DNA of 48,684 nt from Octopus sinensis (taxonomy: Eukaryota). The notes beneath the pieces are model-generated. The model was given only the letters and a program-made list of their open reading frames with translations, did not search any database and was not told where the DNA came from. The stretch covers positions 1 to 48,684 of the forward strand of contig NW_021834666.1 of NCBI RefSeq assembly GCF_006345805.1, in the 5' to 3' direction. Position numbers and translations under genes: made by a program. Within the stretch, counting starts at the first letter, position 1. The number at the start of each line of letters is the position of its first letter. This document shows positions 24,277 to 35,464 of the stretch, piece by piece.

Positions 24277-25102
24277 TATTCATGGTTCATCTTGCAGCGG
24301 GAGCAAGATGGCCGTCTCATTTGCATCATATTTATGTTCATTTCATTTATCATTTTTCATCCGTCTTTATGTCCCCGCATATCCGTTGTATGTCCCTTCT
24401 ATATATCAGGCCTTGTGCCTATAAGATTCTACTCATGTTCATGTTACTTTTAAGATATTGTAGAGTACAACTGAGAGCTTTGAGTGCAAGCCAGTGGAGA
24501 CATTGTGTATCCATCTCATAGTTTCGGCTTGATCTGCCTCAGAACATCAGGCTGTTCAGATTCTTTGCCTATTTGGCACGCAGAATTTCCATTATGTTAC
24601 AAGGTTGAGTGACAGCTTAAGAGCAGTCTAAGCAATCCTGCAACCCATTAACAATTCCAGGTAAAAACTCTGCTATATTGAGTCTGCTTGAGTGAAGCAC
24701 TTTTTATTTACCAGAATTAAGTTGGACAAGTCATTTTGCTTTTTCCATCAAAAGCATAAAAAAAAAAAACTATTCCTCCCAAGTTGATTGTCACCATTTT
24801 GTCTGATATTTGCATGAACATTTTATATTTTTTTCTTTCTGAAACCAAAAGCAAATCATTTTGGTGAATATACTTTTTGTGTTGATAACTGCCATAGATG
24901 GTTATCTAAAGAATGTCTTGACTGAGAGTTGCACCTGTAGTTCCTACTGGAGCTGGCAGTTCACACAGTTGAAGATCCTTACCATTTATGGACCATACAG
25001 TATCATCAATGAGAATCAGGGCTTGGTTTTTACAGGGTAGAAGTAAAATCGAAGCATAGATTTTTCTTATACTTGTTCTTGAAACAGCATAGTATCCTCA
25101 AC

Positions 25103-25346
25103 ATTCATCATTGTTCGACCGTGGTCGAGACAATGGAATTTACTATGTTACGCCAGACTTCACGGTCCATCATAGCATTACGGAGGTCCTGTTGCTGGAT
25201 GCCTGTATCCCTGGAGATTACATCAGGGTAGGAGAGTGTGCGTCCTCTGGTATTGCGAGTAGATGGCTTCCAGAGGAGAAGAGTAGAAATTACTTCTTTT
25301 TCAGCTCTACAACAATGTCCAGCAAACTGGACTCTCCTACCTTTCA
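25103..25346 (-). mobile_element. 5'-truncated RTE-clade LINE 3' end with short (TGA)n tail
   Basis: VKGRRVQFAGHCCRAEKEVISTLLLWKP...RGRTLSYPDVISRDTG...AMMDREVWRNIV matches the RTE C-terminal pattern; sequence upstream of ~25350 is not RT-like. Confidence 0.88.
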
Positions 25347-25552
25347 CTAGTATCCTAGTGATAATGCAAATTTGCTTAAGAGGCATAGCGACCGTAGCAA
25401 AGTAGCTCTTCGTGTTGCTTGGAAAATGCAAGATTGCAGCATCTAACCCTAATATTGTTTCAGTTTGCATCGCCCCTCTAAGTGGCATCTTCTCTGGTTA
25501 GCTTTACAGTTTGTTACACAGATATACCAAGCAACTGCTTTGAGGTCCTGGA

Positions 25553-25885
25553 ATGAGGCTGGATAATGAATATTGTGCAGGAATTGGCAGATATTTAGAC
25601 GGGTTATTAAAATTCCTCTTTCAAAAGGTAACTACACGGTTTCAAAAACTATGGAAGACAGCAAGTGATTTATTCTTTCATTGTTTGACATTTAAATTGC
25701 TCTATATCGATATCAAATCGTATTTATTTCAAGCGGCCTATGAATATCTGCAACAATACCAGGACACAATTGTATTTCACACAAAATATATAAACGGTAT
25801 ATATTGGAATACTGTTGGCATTAAAATTCCTCATCTAAAAGAAAATCACAACTTAAAAACGGTGCACTTTCCTAATATATATTCT
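25553..25885 (+). pseudogene. PLE reverse transcriptase, degenerate N-terminal and post-catalytic remnants
   Basis: IGRYLDGLLK...LWKTASD...(F)DIK.LY.DIK..LFQAAYEY and VGIKI...NLKTVHF resemble PLE RT motifs (FDI..FYPSI; GL.I...N.K.V.FLD); catalytic core not recognisable. Confidence 0.5.
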
Positions 25886-25940
25886 CCCCTCTATTTCTCT
25901 CCACCTCTATGGATATATACATATATATATATATATACAC

Positions 25941-25971
<31 letters not shown>

Positions 25972-26134
25972 CACATATATATATATATACATATATATAA
26001 TATATACATATATATATATATATACATATATATACACACATATATATATAATACATATATATATATATAACATATATATACATTTAGGTTATAAAATGAG
26101 ATAGGGGTTGAAAATTCAACCCACCATGGGATAG

Positions 26135-26807
26135 AGAATTTCTAGTTTATCCTCAAACGAGGAAATTTTTAACAACACTGTGATAGATACAATGCAGCAT
26201 TGCTTAAGCAGGATATAAAAGTAAGATTTGGTTTATACCTAAGGGGAACCCCCTAATGGAGGTAGAACTATCAGGAACAACACAAATAGATTTAGGATAA
26301 TCAACAATATACATAAGAATTGTAAAAATGGAATATATGATAACACCTATAATAAATGTAGAAGTGATGTTAACCTTGGAAAGGTGAACGGTAGCTCAAA
26401 TAGATCTAAACATACGGGTAATAGTAGGAAATTAATAATAATATACGAATTAAAACTTATGGTAGACATGATAATGGTAAAGTTTACTTGCGCAATAACC
26501 ATGGTAATATTGATATAGATAAATATAACAATGACAGTGGTAAGAATAGTAATCCATGAGTTGGTCTACGAATAGGATTTTTACAAATAACATTAATTCT
26601 ATAGGCAATCCTAATTCTGATAAGGATACTCTTTGGTTGATTATCCCATATGCAATGCAGATTAAAACAAACATAGTGAGAGCTTTGCATAATGTTATTT
26701 TTAGGCATTTTGGTAAGGATAAGAATAAATTTAGTCCTTTAATTAACAACGGTACTGTTAGAGTGGGATATAGCATTACTCATAATCTAGCCACCATTAT
26801 CTCCTCT
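26135..26807 (+). pseudogene. PLE RT thumb and linker domain
   Basis: [14 protein letters not shown]..(fs)RYNAALLK(fs)AGYKSKIWFIP, an Asn-rich spacer, then TLWLIIPYAMQIKTNIV...RHF...LINNGTVRVGYSITHNLATIISS (compare IWFNPPY...KTNIG...KHF...FN..TVKVSYS..N...II). Confidence 0.78.
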
Positions 26808-27155
26808 TTAATAACAAGAAACTGGATCACTTCTATAAGGATAGAAATTGAATTTAGACCAGGTAAACTTGCCCCTCTTCATTAATAATAGGAATAGAAA
26901 CTTTCTTGGAACAAATGGGAACAACCTCCTTACTAATAATGAGTGCACCATACCTGTCAGAGATAATATAAATGAAATAGATCATACTACTACTACTACC
27001 AATACTAGTACTAGTGATAGGAATATAGCCGATAATGTGAAATTAACTCATTCGTTGATTTTGGGTTGGATGATGATAACAATTGTAACACTTATAATGT
27101 GAATAGTAGTATAGGGGTGTTGTCCAATTTTAGATTTCCTCATTCTGTTAATATT

Positions 27156-27570
27156 TGTAATTTCAGAAATAAAAATAATGTGTATTTGGTAATCAATGCC
27201 TCAGGAAGGAGGTAGTTTACCAATGCACTGTAGATACACAATTGAGTAGTAGGGTGTATATCGGGGCAACTATGAATAGCATAAAACAAAGATGGAATTA
27301 TCACAGATATACTTTTTTAGGAAATAAAAAATAGAATGTACTCTACGGCTAAGTGCATACATTTGGGAGCTTAAAAATAAGAACTTAGATTTTAGATTAA
27401 ACTGGAAAATACTAACTTCAGCACCTGTGTATAATGGAAAAAATAAAAAATGCTCTCTATGTATTAATGAAATTTTCTTCATTATTAAAGCGGGTCGGCA
27501 AATTATTACAACATTAATGAAAAAAACTTCTTTTGTATTCATAGCTACCGTTCACCTTTTCTAGATTCAA
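27156..27570 (+). pseudogene. PLE Cys-rich linker plus GIY-YIG endonuclease, frameshifted
   Basis: C-N-F-RNKN(fs)-C-VFGNQ-C-LRKEVVYQCTV...VYIGATMNSIKQRWNYHRYTF...LSAYIWELKNK...WKILTSAPVY...CSLCINE...NEKNFFCIH. Confidence 0.9.
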
Positions 27571-29298
27571 TAGAACTTAGCACTTCCACTATTATTTTTT
27601 TTAACTCCTTTCTTTAACTAATATACCTGTGGTCTTCTATAATTTCTAAAGTATACAATTTATATATTTTATAATTTTATAATTTTTATAGCTACATTTG
27701 TATAATAATTAATGGATGTGTCTAGTATTATTGGTTTCTCTTGTTTTTGTATGTGGGTTTTTGTTTGTTTTTTTAAGAGAATTGCAATATGACATAAAAT
27801 AACATATTCATTTTGGTACTTGCCTTGTAATGTGTGATTTTGAAGTTTTCCAATATTGCATAGTATATTGCATAGTATATTATATATCTTGGGTAGATAC
27901 CTAGCTCTGGATAATGTAATGAATTGTATAATATGTATATATGAGAGCTTTGTGAGTTTGGTGGGTTTAGGTTGAGATTATAGGTTTTTTGTATGTGTTT
28001 ATTTGGAAGGTTTTTATTGTATATTTGGTCTTTTTGTACTCACACTTAATTTGTATCTTATGCTATTCACTGATAAACCTTTTCATTTTTTTCATTTTCT
28101 CATTTACATGCATTATGCTTTATATTATTACCACAGCCTCATATATTTAGTTTATATCTATAGTCTTCTGGATCTGTACTTTAAACTATCCTTCCATACA
28201 TATTACTTTCAACAATATAACATATATATTCACTCTATTTATTATTTTTTATTTATTTTCCATTTTATTGTAATATTATCAATTTTTGCATCTAGTCTTC
28301 TATTTATTTATTTATTTGCCTATTTAAGTGTAGATGTTTACATACATTCAAGTCATCTAATCTAATTTGCTACCTATTATTTTTTTTACTTATTTACTTA
28401 TACTGGGGTAGTTTTATACATACATATCTATCATTTATTTTTTATTTAATTTTTAATAATAATGAATACATATATACTGGTTTGTACTTATAATTATTTG
28501 GTATATAACGTATTTATTCCTTCGTATTTATTCCTTCTTATTTATTTTATCTCTTTTCATCTTAAGTCTTTATAATAAAAATTTTTTTAAAAAATTTTTG
28601 TGATGTTCTCATAAGCGTTTACACATAATACTTCCCCTTCTATTCTTTAATATGCCTAAACTGGTATATTTGGCACTATATTATTAAAGTTAATAAGTGA
28701 CTTATTTATAAATTTAAATTAAATATATATTTTTATTTTATATTTTATAATTTAGCGTACTTAAAACCTTAACAAACTACGATAAATCTAACAACCGTAT
28801 GTTTACTCTGCAACAAACCGGTGTTATAAATTTTAAGTTACCCATGAAATAAGTATCTGACTTAGTAACATACTGTTTTAAAAATATATTATATCTAAAT
28901 TAAATATTTTATGGAATGCATGAATGGTTCTATCATTGGTTCTTCTTTTATTATGAGGCACAATTATAATTTTGAAGGACTAAATTGTAGCATAGTTTGC
29001 TTCCCTTTTGTTTATCTGTGCTAGTCGTTGCTTGTAATTATGTATGTGTATAAGTGTATGCATATACATATTACTATGTGTGTATGTGCGATTGATCTGT
29101 AGATGCGTGTGTGAATATTGGCGTTCCCTGACTAACCAACCGTATAATTTTTCTTTTGTGATTTAAATTTCAAACCAATAGCTAATCGATTAATCTATAT
29201 TTTCTTTACCTAGTGGTCAGCATTTCTTAACTCATAGTTATTTCGATCTTGTAAGGATGGACTTGGTGCTAACTTAACTGTATCTATTTTTTATTATA

Positions 29299-29347
<49 letters not shown>

Positions 29348-29686
29348 AATTTTTATTAACTTTTTATAGCTTTAGAATCTTATGAACTGTACCACGGATT
29401 TAATTATTATTTTTCATCTCCATATATGTTAGCCTTTTTTTTTATATATATACAAAAAACTATTAGCCAAATATGTATAATATCGGTACTTATTGATATT
29501 AATATTACACTATTATATATTTTGTTTTATTTTTGTTCTGTTTACCTTCCTTTTTGTACAAATGTGTATTATATTATATAAGTGTAGCTTTATGATGTAA
29601 AGTTTTTATATTTTACATTTTTATATTTTTATATTTATATGTATATGATTATATAATATTTTTCACTATTATAACAAATTTAATTT

Positions 29687-29804
29687 AATTCTCTGAAGAG
29701 GCCGTGGGGCATCCTTGTTAATGCCTCATTTATACCTGCCTTTATGGCTTATAGGTTAAATGAGGTATGACTGTCCTCACTGCCGAAACAGCTGTCAGTT
29801 TTGA
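29687..29804 (+). ncRNA. Type I hammerhead ribozyme with extended stem II
   Basis: CUGAAGA core at 29693-29699; stem II GGCCGUGGGG/CCUCACUGCC; GAAA at 29785-29788; palindromic stem III C-AGCU-G; GUC cleavage triplet at 29794-29796; weak stem I. Confidence 0.8.
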
Positions 29805-30004
29805 TTTATTTTTGCATATTATATTTGAAAAAATTTTTTACTTATATCTCTTTATCTTTTTACTATTACTGTATATCTCATTTCATTTTATATATTGCCT
29901 TTACTCATATGTATGGTGTATTAAAGTATGGATTGAGTATCATCGGATAGTTGATGTTTTACACTGATTTAAGTATATTTCTCCATTCTCTAATTTTGTA
30001 ATAC

Positions 30005-30435
30005 TATATATACAACACTATATATACACACATATATATATACATATATTATATATACATATATATACACACACATATATATATACATATACATATATAT
30101 ATATACATATATATACACACATATATATACACACATATATATACATTATTATTATACATATATATACACACATATATATATATACATATACATATATATA
30201 TACATATACACACATATATATATACATATACATATATATATACATATATTATATACATATATATATACATATATATATACATATATATATACATATATAT
30301 ATATACATATATATACATATAACATATATATACATATATATACATATACATATATACATATACACATATACACATACACATACATACATATACATATATA
30401 CAGATATATAAATATATGCATATATATATATATAA
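30005..30435. repeat. (TA)n/(TACA)n microsatellite
   Basis: Direct inspection. Confidence 0.95.
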
Positions 30436-31526
30436 ATTCTGTTTAGCCATCACTAACCAACTGTTAGAACTTAGTATACGTATAATGCACAGAATTACTA
30501 AGCTCCAGCAATGAGGTGGTATGACTTAACAGACAACCTCACCTCTGGACCCCTATATAAACCAGAAGAAAAGTACAAAGGAAAACGACTGATTGGCTGA
30601 TTGATTGTTTGGTGGGTGGAGAGCTAAATGAGAATTTAACAGGCTGGTGGGTGTTGGAATGGACAGAGGTGTGGATAGATTTGTGTATGAGTAATATGAG
30701 ACATGAGTAAGAAACACGTGAGAGCCGTTGTGGTGTTGTGAAAGCCACACTCAACCTAAAATCCTTGTACAGGCATTGGTGATCTGTTAGTTTGTCCATG
30801 CATCTCTCCATGCTGCTGTCTCGGCTTCTGTCCGTCTGTCAACATATATATAGATGTTGGCATGAGTGAATGGTTAAGAAGTTTGTGCTTTGCAATCATG
30901 AGGTCCCCCAGGTCCAAATTCCCCTTGGGTTAACCCTATATACCCCTGGTTGCATTTTCACAATGCATAACCTGCTCCTACTTGTTTGGACATAAACTTG
31001 CCAGGAAGTACCTGACCGAGCATACACAATGTTCAACAGGTAGTCAACACCTGTAGCTAATAGCTACATACTGTCCTTCTCTTCCTAAATACAGTGAAAT
31101 AACATAAACTTTACATGGTCAACATTGGTATATCAATTTATTTGCCTCTATCTTCTATTATTAACTTAAACCCACCTCACTCTAATTATCTTTGATTAAA
31201 TATATATTTTTTCTTTTTACCTTCAGTCTGGGTCTTAGTGTCAACCTTTTTTTTTTTTTTTGCTTATTTCATAAATGGTTCATATATCAACTCACTCTGG
31301 ATTTCTTGAATCATCTATTATCCTTCATGTGTAACCCTTCACATAAGGAATACTCTATTACATATCTAGGAGTTATCTACATACAGATACAAGGTTGATT
31401 CACATTGTTTAAAGTTCTGATTTCATTGTGGGTGGAAGTAATCTACCATATTGTGAACAATGCCCTTGCCTTACAAGTAAAGTTTATGTAACATATATTT
31501 TAAAATTCTATTTAACTTACTAACCC

Positions 31527-31733
31527 TTAACCCTTTTGTTACTGTATTTATTTTGAGATGCTCTGTATTCTTTCGATTACTTTAAATAAAACAAAGAATT
31601 TAGTAAAATAACTTAGTAATCATTCAGGTAGTGTTAGGAACATAAATTGGGACTAAGGTTTAGTGGAAAATTTTAATTCAAAACATGAAAACAAGACATT
31701 TATACTCAGATCCAGAGGCACTTTCTGGGTTAA
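31527..31733 (+). mobile_element. TTAA-flanked (piggyBac-type) MITE, intact
   Basis: TTAA|CCC...GGG|TTAA; related copies at 22099, 44381 and 4155. Confidence 0.8.
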
Positions 31734-31875
31734 TGTATACAAATCTCTCTTAGAAATTATTCCTATCAATTTCGTTTTAAGGCAAGTGGATGAAATATAT
31801 TCTGACCTTCTTTAATACAGGGCATTCATGATTCTACATCTAAACTTTGGGGGTCATTTTGGAGTTGATCTGATA

Positions 31876-32079
31876 GTCTTTCTTTTATTCTTTTGACTGC
31901 AACCATGCTGGAGCACCACCTTGAAGAATTTTAGTGAAATAAATCAACTCCAGAGCTTATTTTTTTAAGCTTAGTACTTATTCTATCAGTCTGTTTTGCC
32001 AAACTGCTAAGTTACAGGGACGTAAACATACCAAAAGCAGTTGTCAAGCAGTGACAGGGGGACAAATACAGGCACACAT

Positions 32080-32120
<41 letters not shown>

Positions 32121-32294
32121 TATGTATATGATGGACTTCTTTCAGTTTCCATCTACCAAATCCACTCACAAAGCTTTGGTTGACCCAAGGCTATAGTAGA
32201 AAACACTTGCTCATGGTGCCACACAGTGGGACTGAACCAGGAACCATGTGGTTGCGAAGTAAGTTTCTTACCACACAGCTATGCATGCGCCTAT
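31876..32294 (-). mobile_element. SINE family A, full length, more diverged
   Basis: Reverse-complement match to family A throughout. Confidence 0.88.
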
Positions 32295-32378
32295 AACAAA
32301 CTTTAAGACCATATCAGTTTTCTCATTTCTACCTCACATATTCTTTGCACTGAACAATAATTGTCCCCTACCAAACAT

Positions 32379-32688
32379 ATCACCATGATCACCGTGACCA
32401 ACCAGGCTATCACATGTTGCTACACATCGCTGGTCACAATGCGCTTTGCATTATTTTAGCCTTCATATGACACCACCCCGCTGGCTAAACGAGCAGGCCA
32501 ATAGAAGGAAGAATGAGAGAAAATTGTGGCAAAAGAGTACAGCAGGGATCACCATCACCCCCTGCAGGAGCCTCGTGGAGCTTTAGGTGTTTTCGTTCAA
32601 TAAACACTCGCAACACCCAGTCTGGGAATCGAAACAACGATCCTACAATTGCGAGTCCACTGCCCTAACCACTGGGCCATTGCACCTC
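32379..32688 (-). mobile_element. SINE family C, tail type 1
   Basis: Reverse complement of 8550-8841. Confidence 0.88.
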
Positions 32689-32716
32689 CACACTAAGCAT
32701 ATAAGACTCTCTAAAC

Positions 32717-32935
32717 CAGTGGTTTTCAACCAGTGTTCCGCGGAACCTTAGGGTTCCACCAGTTCAGTCCAGGGGTTCCGCAAGAGGTTACAAAACTGCT
32801 AAAATCGGCAGTAATTTTTAATTCTCCTGCACAGATATGTGTGCATAAGACTATTAAATTATTGCACAGGGGTTCCTTGAGCCAGTGGAATGTTTCCTTG
32901 GGGTTCCGCTGCAGCAAAAAGTTTGAAAAGCACTG
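32717..32935 (+). mobile_element. 219-bp hAT MITE, family 1, second copy
   Basis: Same TIRs and length as 5806-6024; perfect 8-bp TSD CTCTAAAC. Confidence 0.93.
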
Positions 32936-33194
32936 CTCTAAACAATTATACTTGAGTTCACTTCAAACCTTAATAGTGGCAACACCTTGAGTAGAGCTGC
33001 ATGGATATGTTTTTAACCAGGATAAAACCTGGACGCAGATAATACAACAAAATGTAAACAAACACCATATAACAAGATATTCATGAAGCAGAAACATAGG
33101 TCAGAGGTTTAAAGGGAATATGCTGTATAAATGACTATAATAATAAAAAGTGTGTAGATGTATAATTCTCCTTATTTATTTGAATTGTCTTACA

Positions 33195-33758
33195 TATATA
33201 TATGGTGGCTGCCCCCTCGTTATCGAGTATGGCCATTGCACGAAGCTTAATCAATGTTGTTATCGTGCAATGCCTGTGCAAGAAGATTTTTTTTTTAAAG
33301 TGAGGAAAGGCTATGCACTGAGTTAATCCCACTCACTAAGCAACAGCAGCCATAATCCGAAAAGAAGAGCAAGTCAACATCATCGGTAACCACTGAGCCA
33401 CAGGTTTTATGTTGGAGTTATCCCAGTTACCTGAGTTACCTTCTCCTAGAAGGATACCCTAACAAAGGCCAGAAGTCCTTCACTCCCAATGGTTTAACTG
33501 CGCGATCGGATATTCAGTCCGATTATTTCTATGTCCCCGCACATGATACAACCTTAAGACATTTATTGGATGGCCGTTGACTCTCAAGAGTTCCTCCACC
33601 CTTTGACGGGTTTTGTTTTTCATCCCGCAGGGTGACCAATAAACACCCTCCTCACCAAGCAAGCTTGGTGGGGTTGCCGGTTTAGTCACCGACGACCCGA
33701 CCATGCAACAGGTTGTACTGGGTTACATGTTACTAGTAGCACTCGAAAGTGACCTGGC
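33195..33758 (-). mobile_element. GC-richer, hairpin-dense repeat-like block between two (TA)n tracts, possibly an RTE 5' UTR derivative
   Basis: Sharp composition shift; minus strand contains TCTAGGAGAAGGTAACTC, similar to a motif I recall from RTE 5' UTRs; single copy in this window. Confidence 0.4.
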
Positions 33759-33780
33759 ATATATATATATATAAATATCT

Positions 33781-33847
<67 letters not shown>

Positions 33848-34302
33848 ATATATACACACACACACAGATGCAAAATTACATAAAGACATATGTAGAGAGA
33901 AGTAAAAAAAAAAAAAAATGGCATTTTGATTTGGGGGGAAAAACATTAAGAGATAAATAATTATTTGACTTACTGTGAAAACCAGAAAGTCTCTCATGAA
34001 ATTAATTTTAAAAAATCTACATGAGTAAGAAACAAAGTTTAACTGTGTAAAAAGAAAACAAATGATAAAGTAAAATAACTGATAGTAAAAAAAAAAAAAA
34101 GATAGATATGGCAGTGATTATATGTGTGTTTGTGTGTATAAAGTGAGATGTATCTACAGAGGGAAACAGTGATAAATACGAATATATACACACACACACA
34201 CACAGATACACACACACACACACAGATATACACACACACATACACACACACACATATATATATATATATGTATATACATGCATGTAAAGACATTATTATA
34301 TC

Positions 34303-34336
<34 letters not shown>

Positions 34337-34369
34337 TATATCTAACAGTATGGTAAATGGATGTTAAAT

Positions 34370-34411
<42 letters not shown>

Positions 34412-35080
34412 TTTACATACATATATACATACGCGTATAAATATACTCAGGTATACATACACTTATATACATACATATAATTATATATGGAGAGAGAGAG
34501 AGAAAGAAATTGAACGAAACAAACAACAGTTCTGTCTTCTAATCACCAACATTTTGTCTATTTATTTATCTATTTTATTTATTTACTCATTAATTTATGT
34601 ATTTACTATTTTCTCTTTGATTTGTTATAGCGATCAATTTTTATTTTTTTTCTCTATTTTTAATTTTTCTTCGCATTACATTTTCTCACTTGCTTTTGTT
34701 TCCTATTATTTTGTTTATAATTTTTTTTACATTAATTTTATGTTTTTTGTTTACTTTTTTTTTTTTCAGCTTATATAAATGTTTAAATTAGTAGTAATGG
34801 TGTAGGTGTTTAACAAATTGTCATTAATTGCTCCTGCCACCTTTATTGTTTTTTTTTTTCTTCTTTTTCTTTGTTATATATATATCATTTTAAAATAAGT
34901 ACTTAATGACTAAGTTTTAGTGTTACTTGACCAGTGTCCTAACTAGTTTATCTATCTCAGCTCAAATAATGATTCATTTCAAACAAGGCCAGAAACACAC
35001 AAAATAATTAATTGCCATTTTGTCTTGTCTTGCTTTGTTCTCTTTTTTTTTTTCATAATTATTTTTTCTATCTATTGTCA

Positions 35081-35235
35081 TAGGCATGGTTGTGTTGTTA
35101 AGAAAATTGCTTCTCAACCATGTGGTCTTCAGTTCAGTCCCACCAAGCAGAACCTTGTGAAAGTGTCTTCTATTGTAGCTCTGGATCAAGAAAAGCTTTG
35201 TTGAATTGACTTGACAGATGAAAACTGAAGGAAGC

Positions 35236-35319
<84 letters not shown>

Positions 35320-35400
35320 GCTGTATGGTAAGTAGCTTTCTTACCAACCACATGATTCCGGGTTCAGTTCCACTGTGTGGCTCCTTGGGATGTGCTTCAG
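35081..35400 (+). mobile_element. Two SINE A 5' fragments separated by (TA)n(GA)n
   Basis: Heads at ~35081 and ~35318. Confidence 0.7.
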
Positions 35401-35464
35401 ATGGATCTATGGTATGTATGTATGTATACATACATACATACGTACGTACGTACATATGTACGCA

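Larger units (their letters stand above)
25545..29810 (+). mobile_element. Decayed Penelope-like element (Naiad-type, C-terminal GIY-YIG) with long AT-rich 3' region ending in a hammerhead ribozyme
   Basis: Collinear RT N-terminal remnants, thumb motif, linker, Cys-rich motif, GIY-YIG endonuclease and a downstream hammerhead. Boundaries approximate. Confidence 0.85.

Noticed and set aside
24520-24560. Minus-strand GGC-AGATCAA-GCC-GAAAC resembling a hammerhead stem II
   Set aside because: The upstream core reads GTTCTGA rather than CUGANGA, and no convincing stem I or III.
27570-29790. SECIS / selenocysteine recoding in the Naiad-type element
   Set aside because: No in-frame TGA seen at conserved Cys positions, and the hairpin inside the hammerhead lacks the AUGA/GA quartet with apical AA geometry. 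Needs SECISearch on intact relatives.
34540-34860. Very long T-rich tract ending TTTTTTCAG as a splice acceptor
   Set aside because: All three downstream frames stop within a few codons and there is no clear donor; likely low-complexity DNA.
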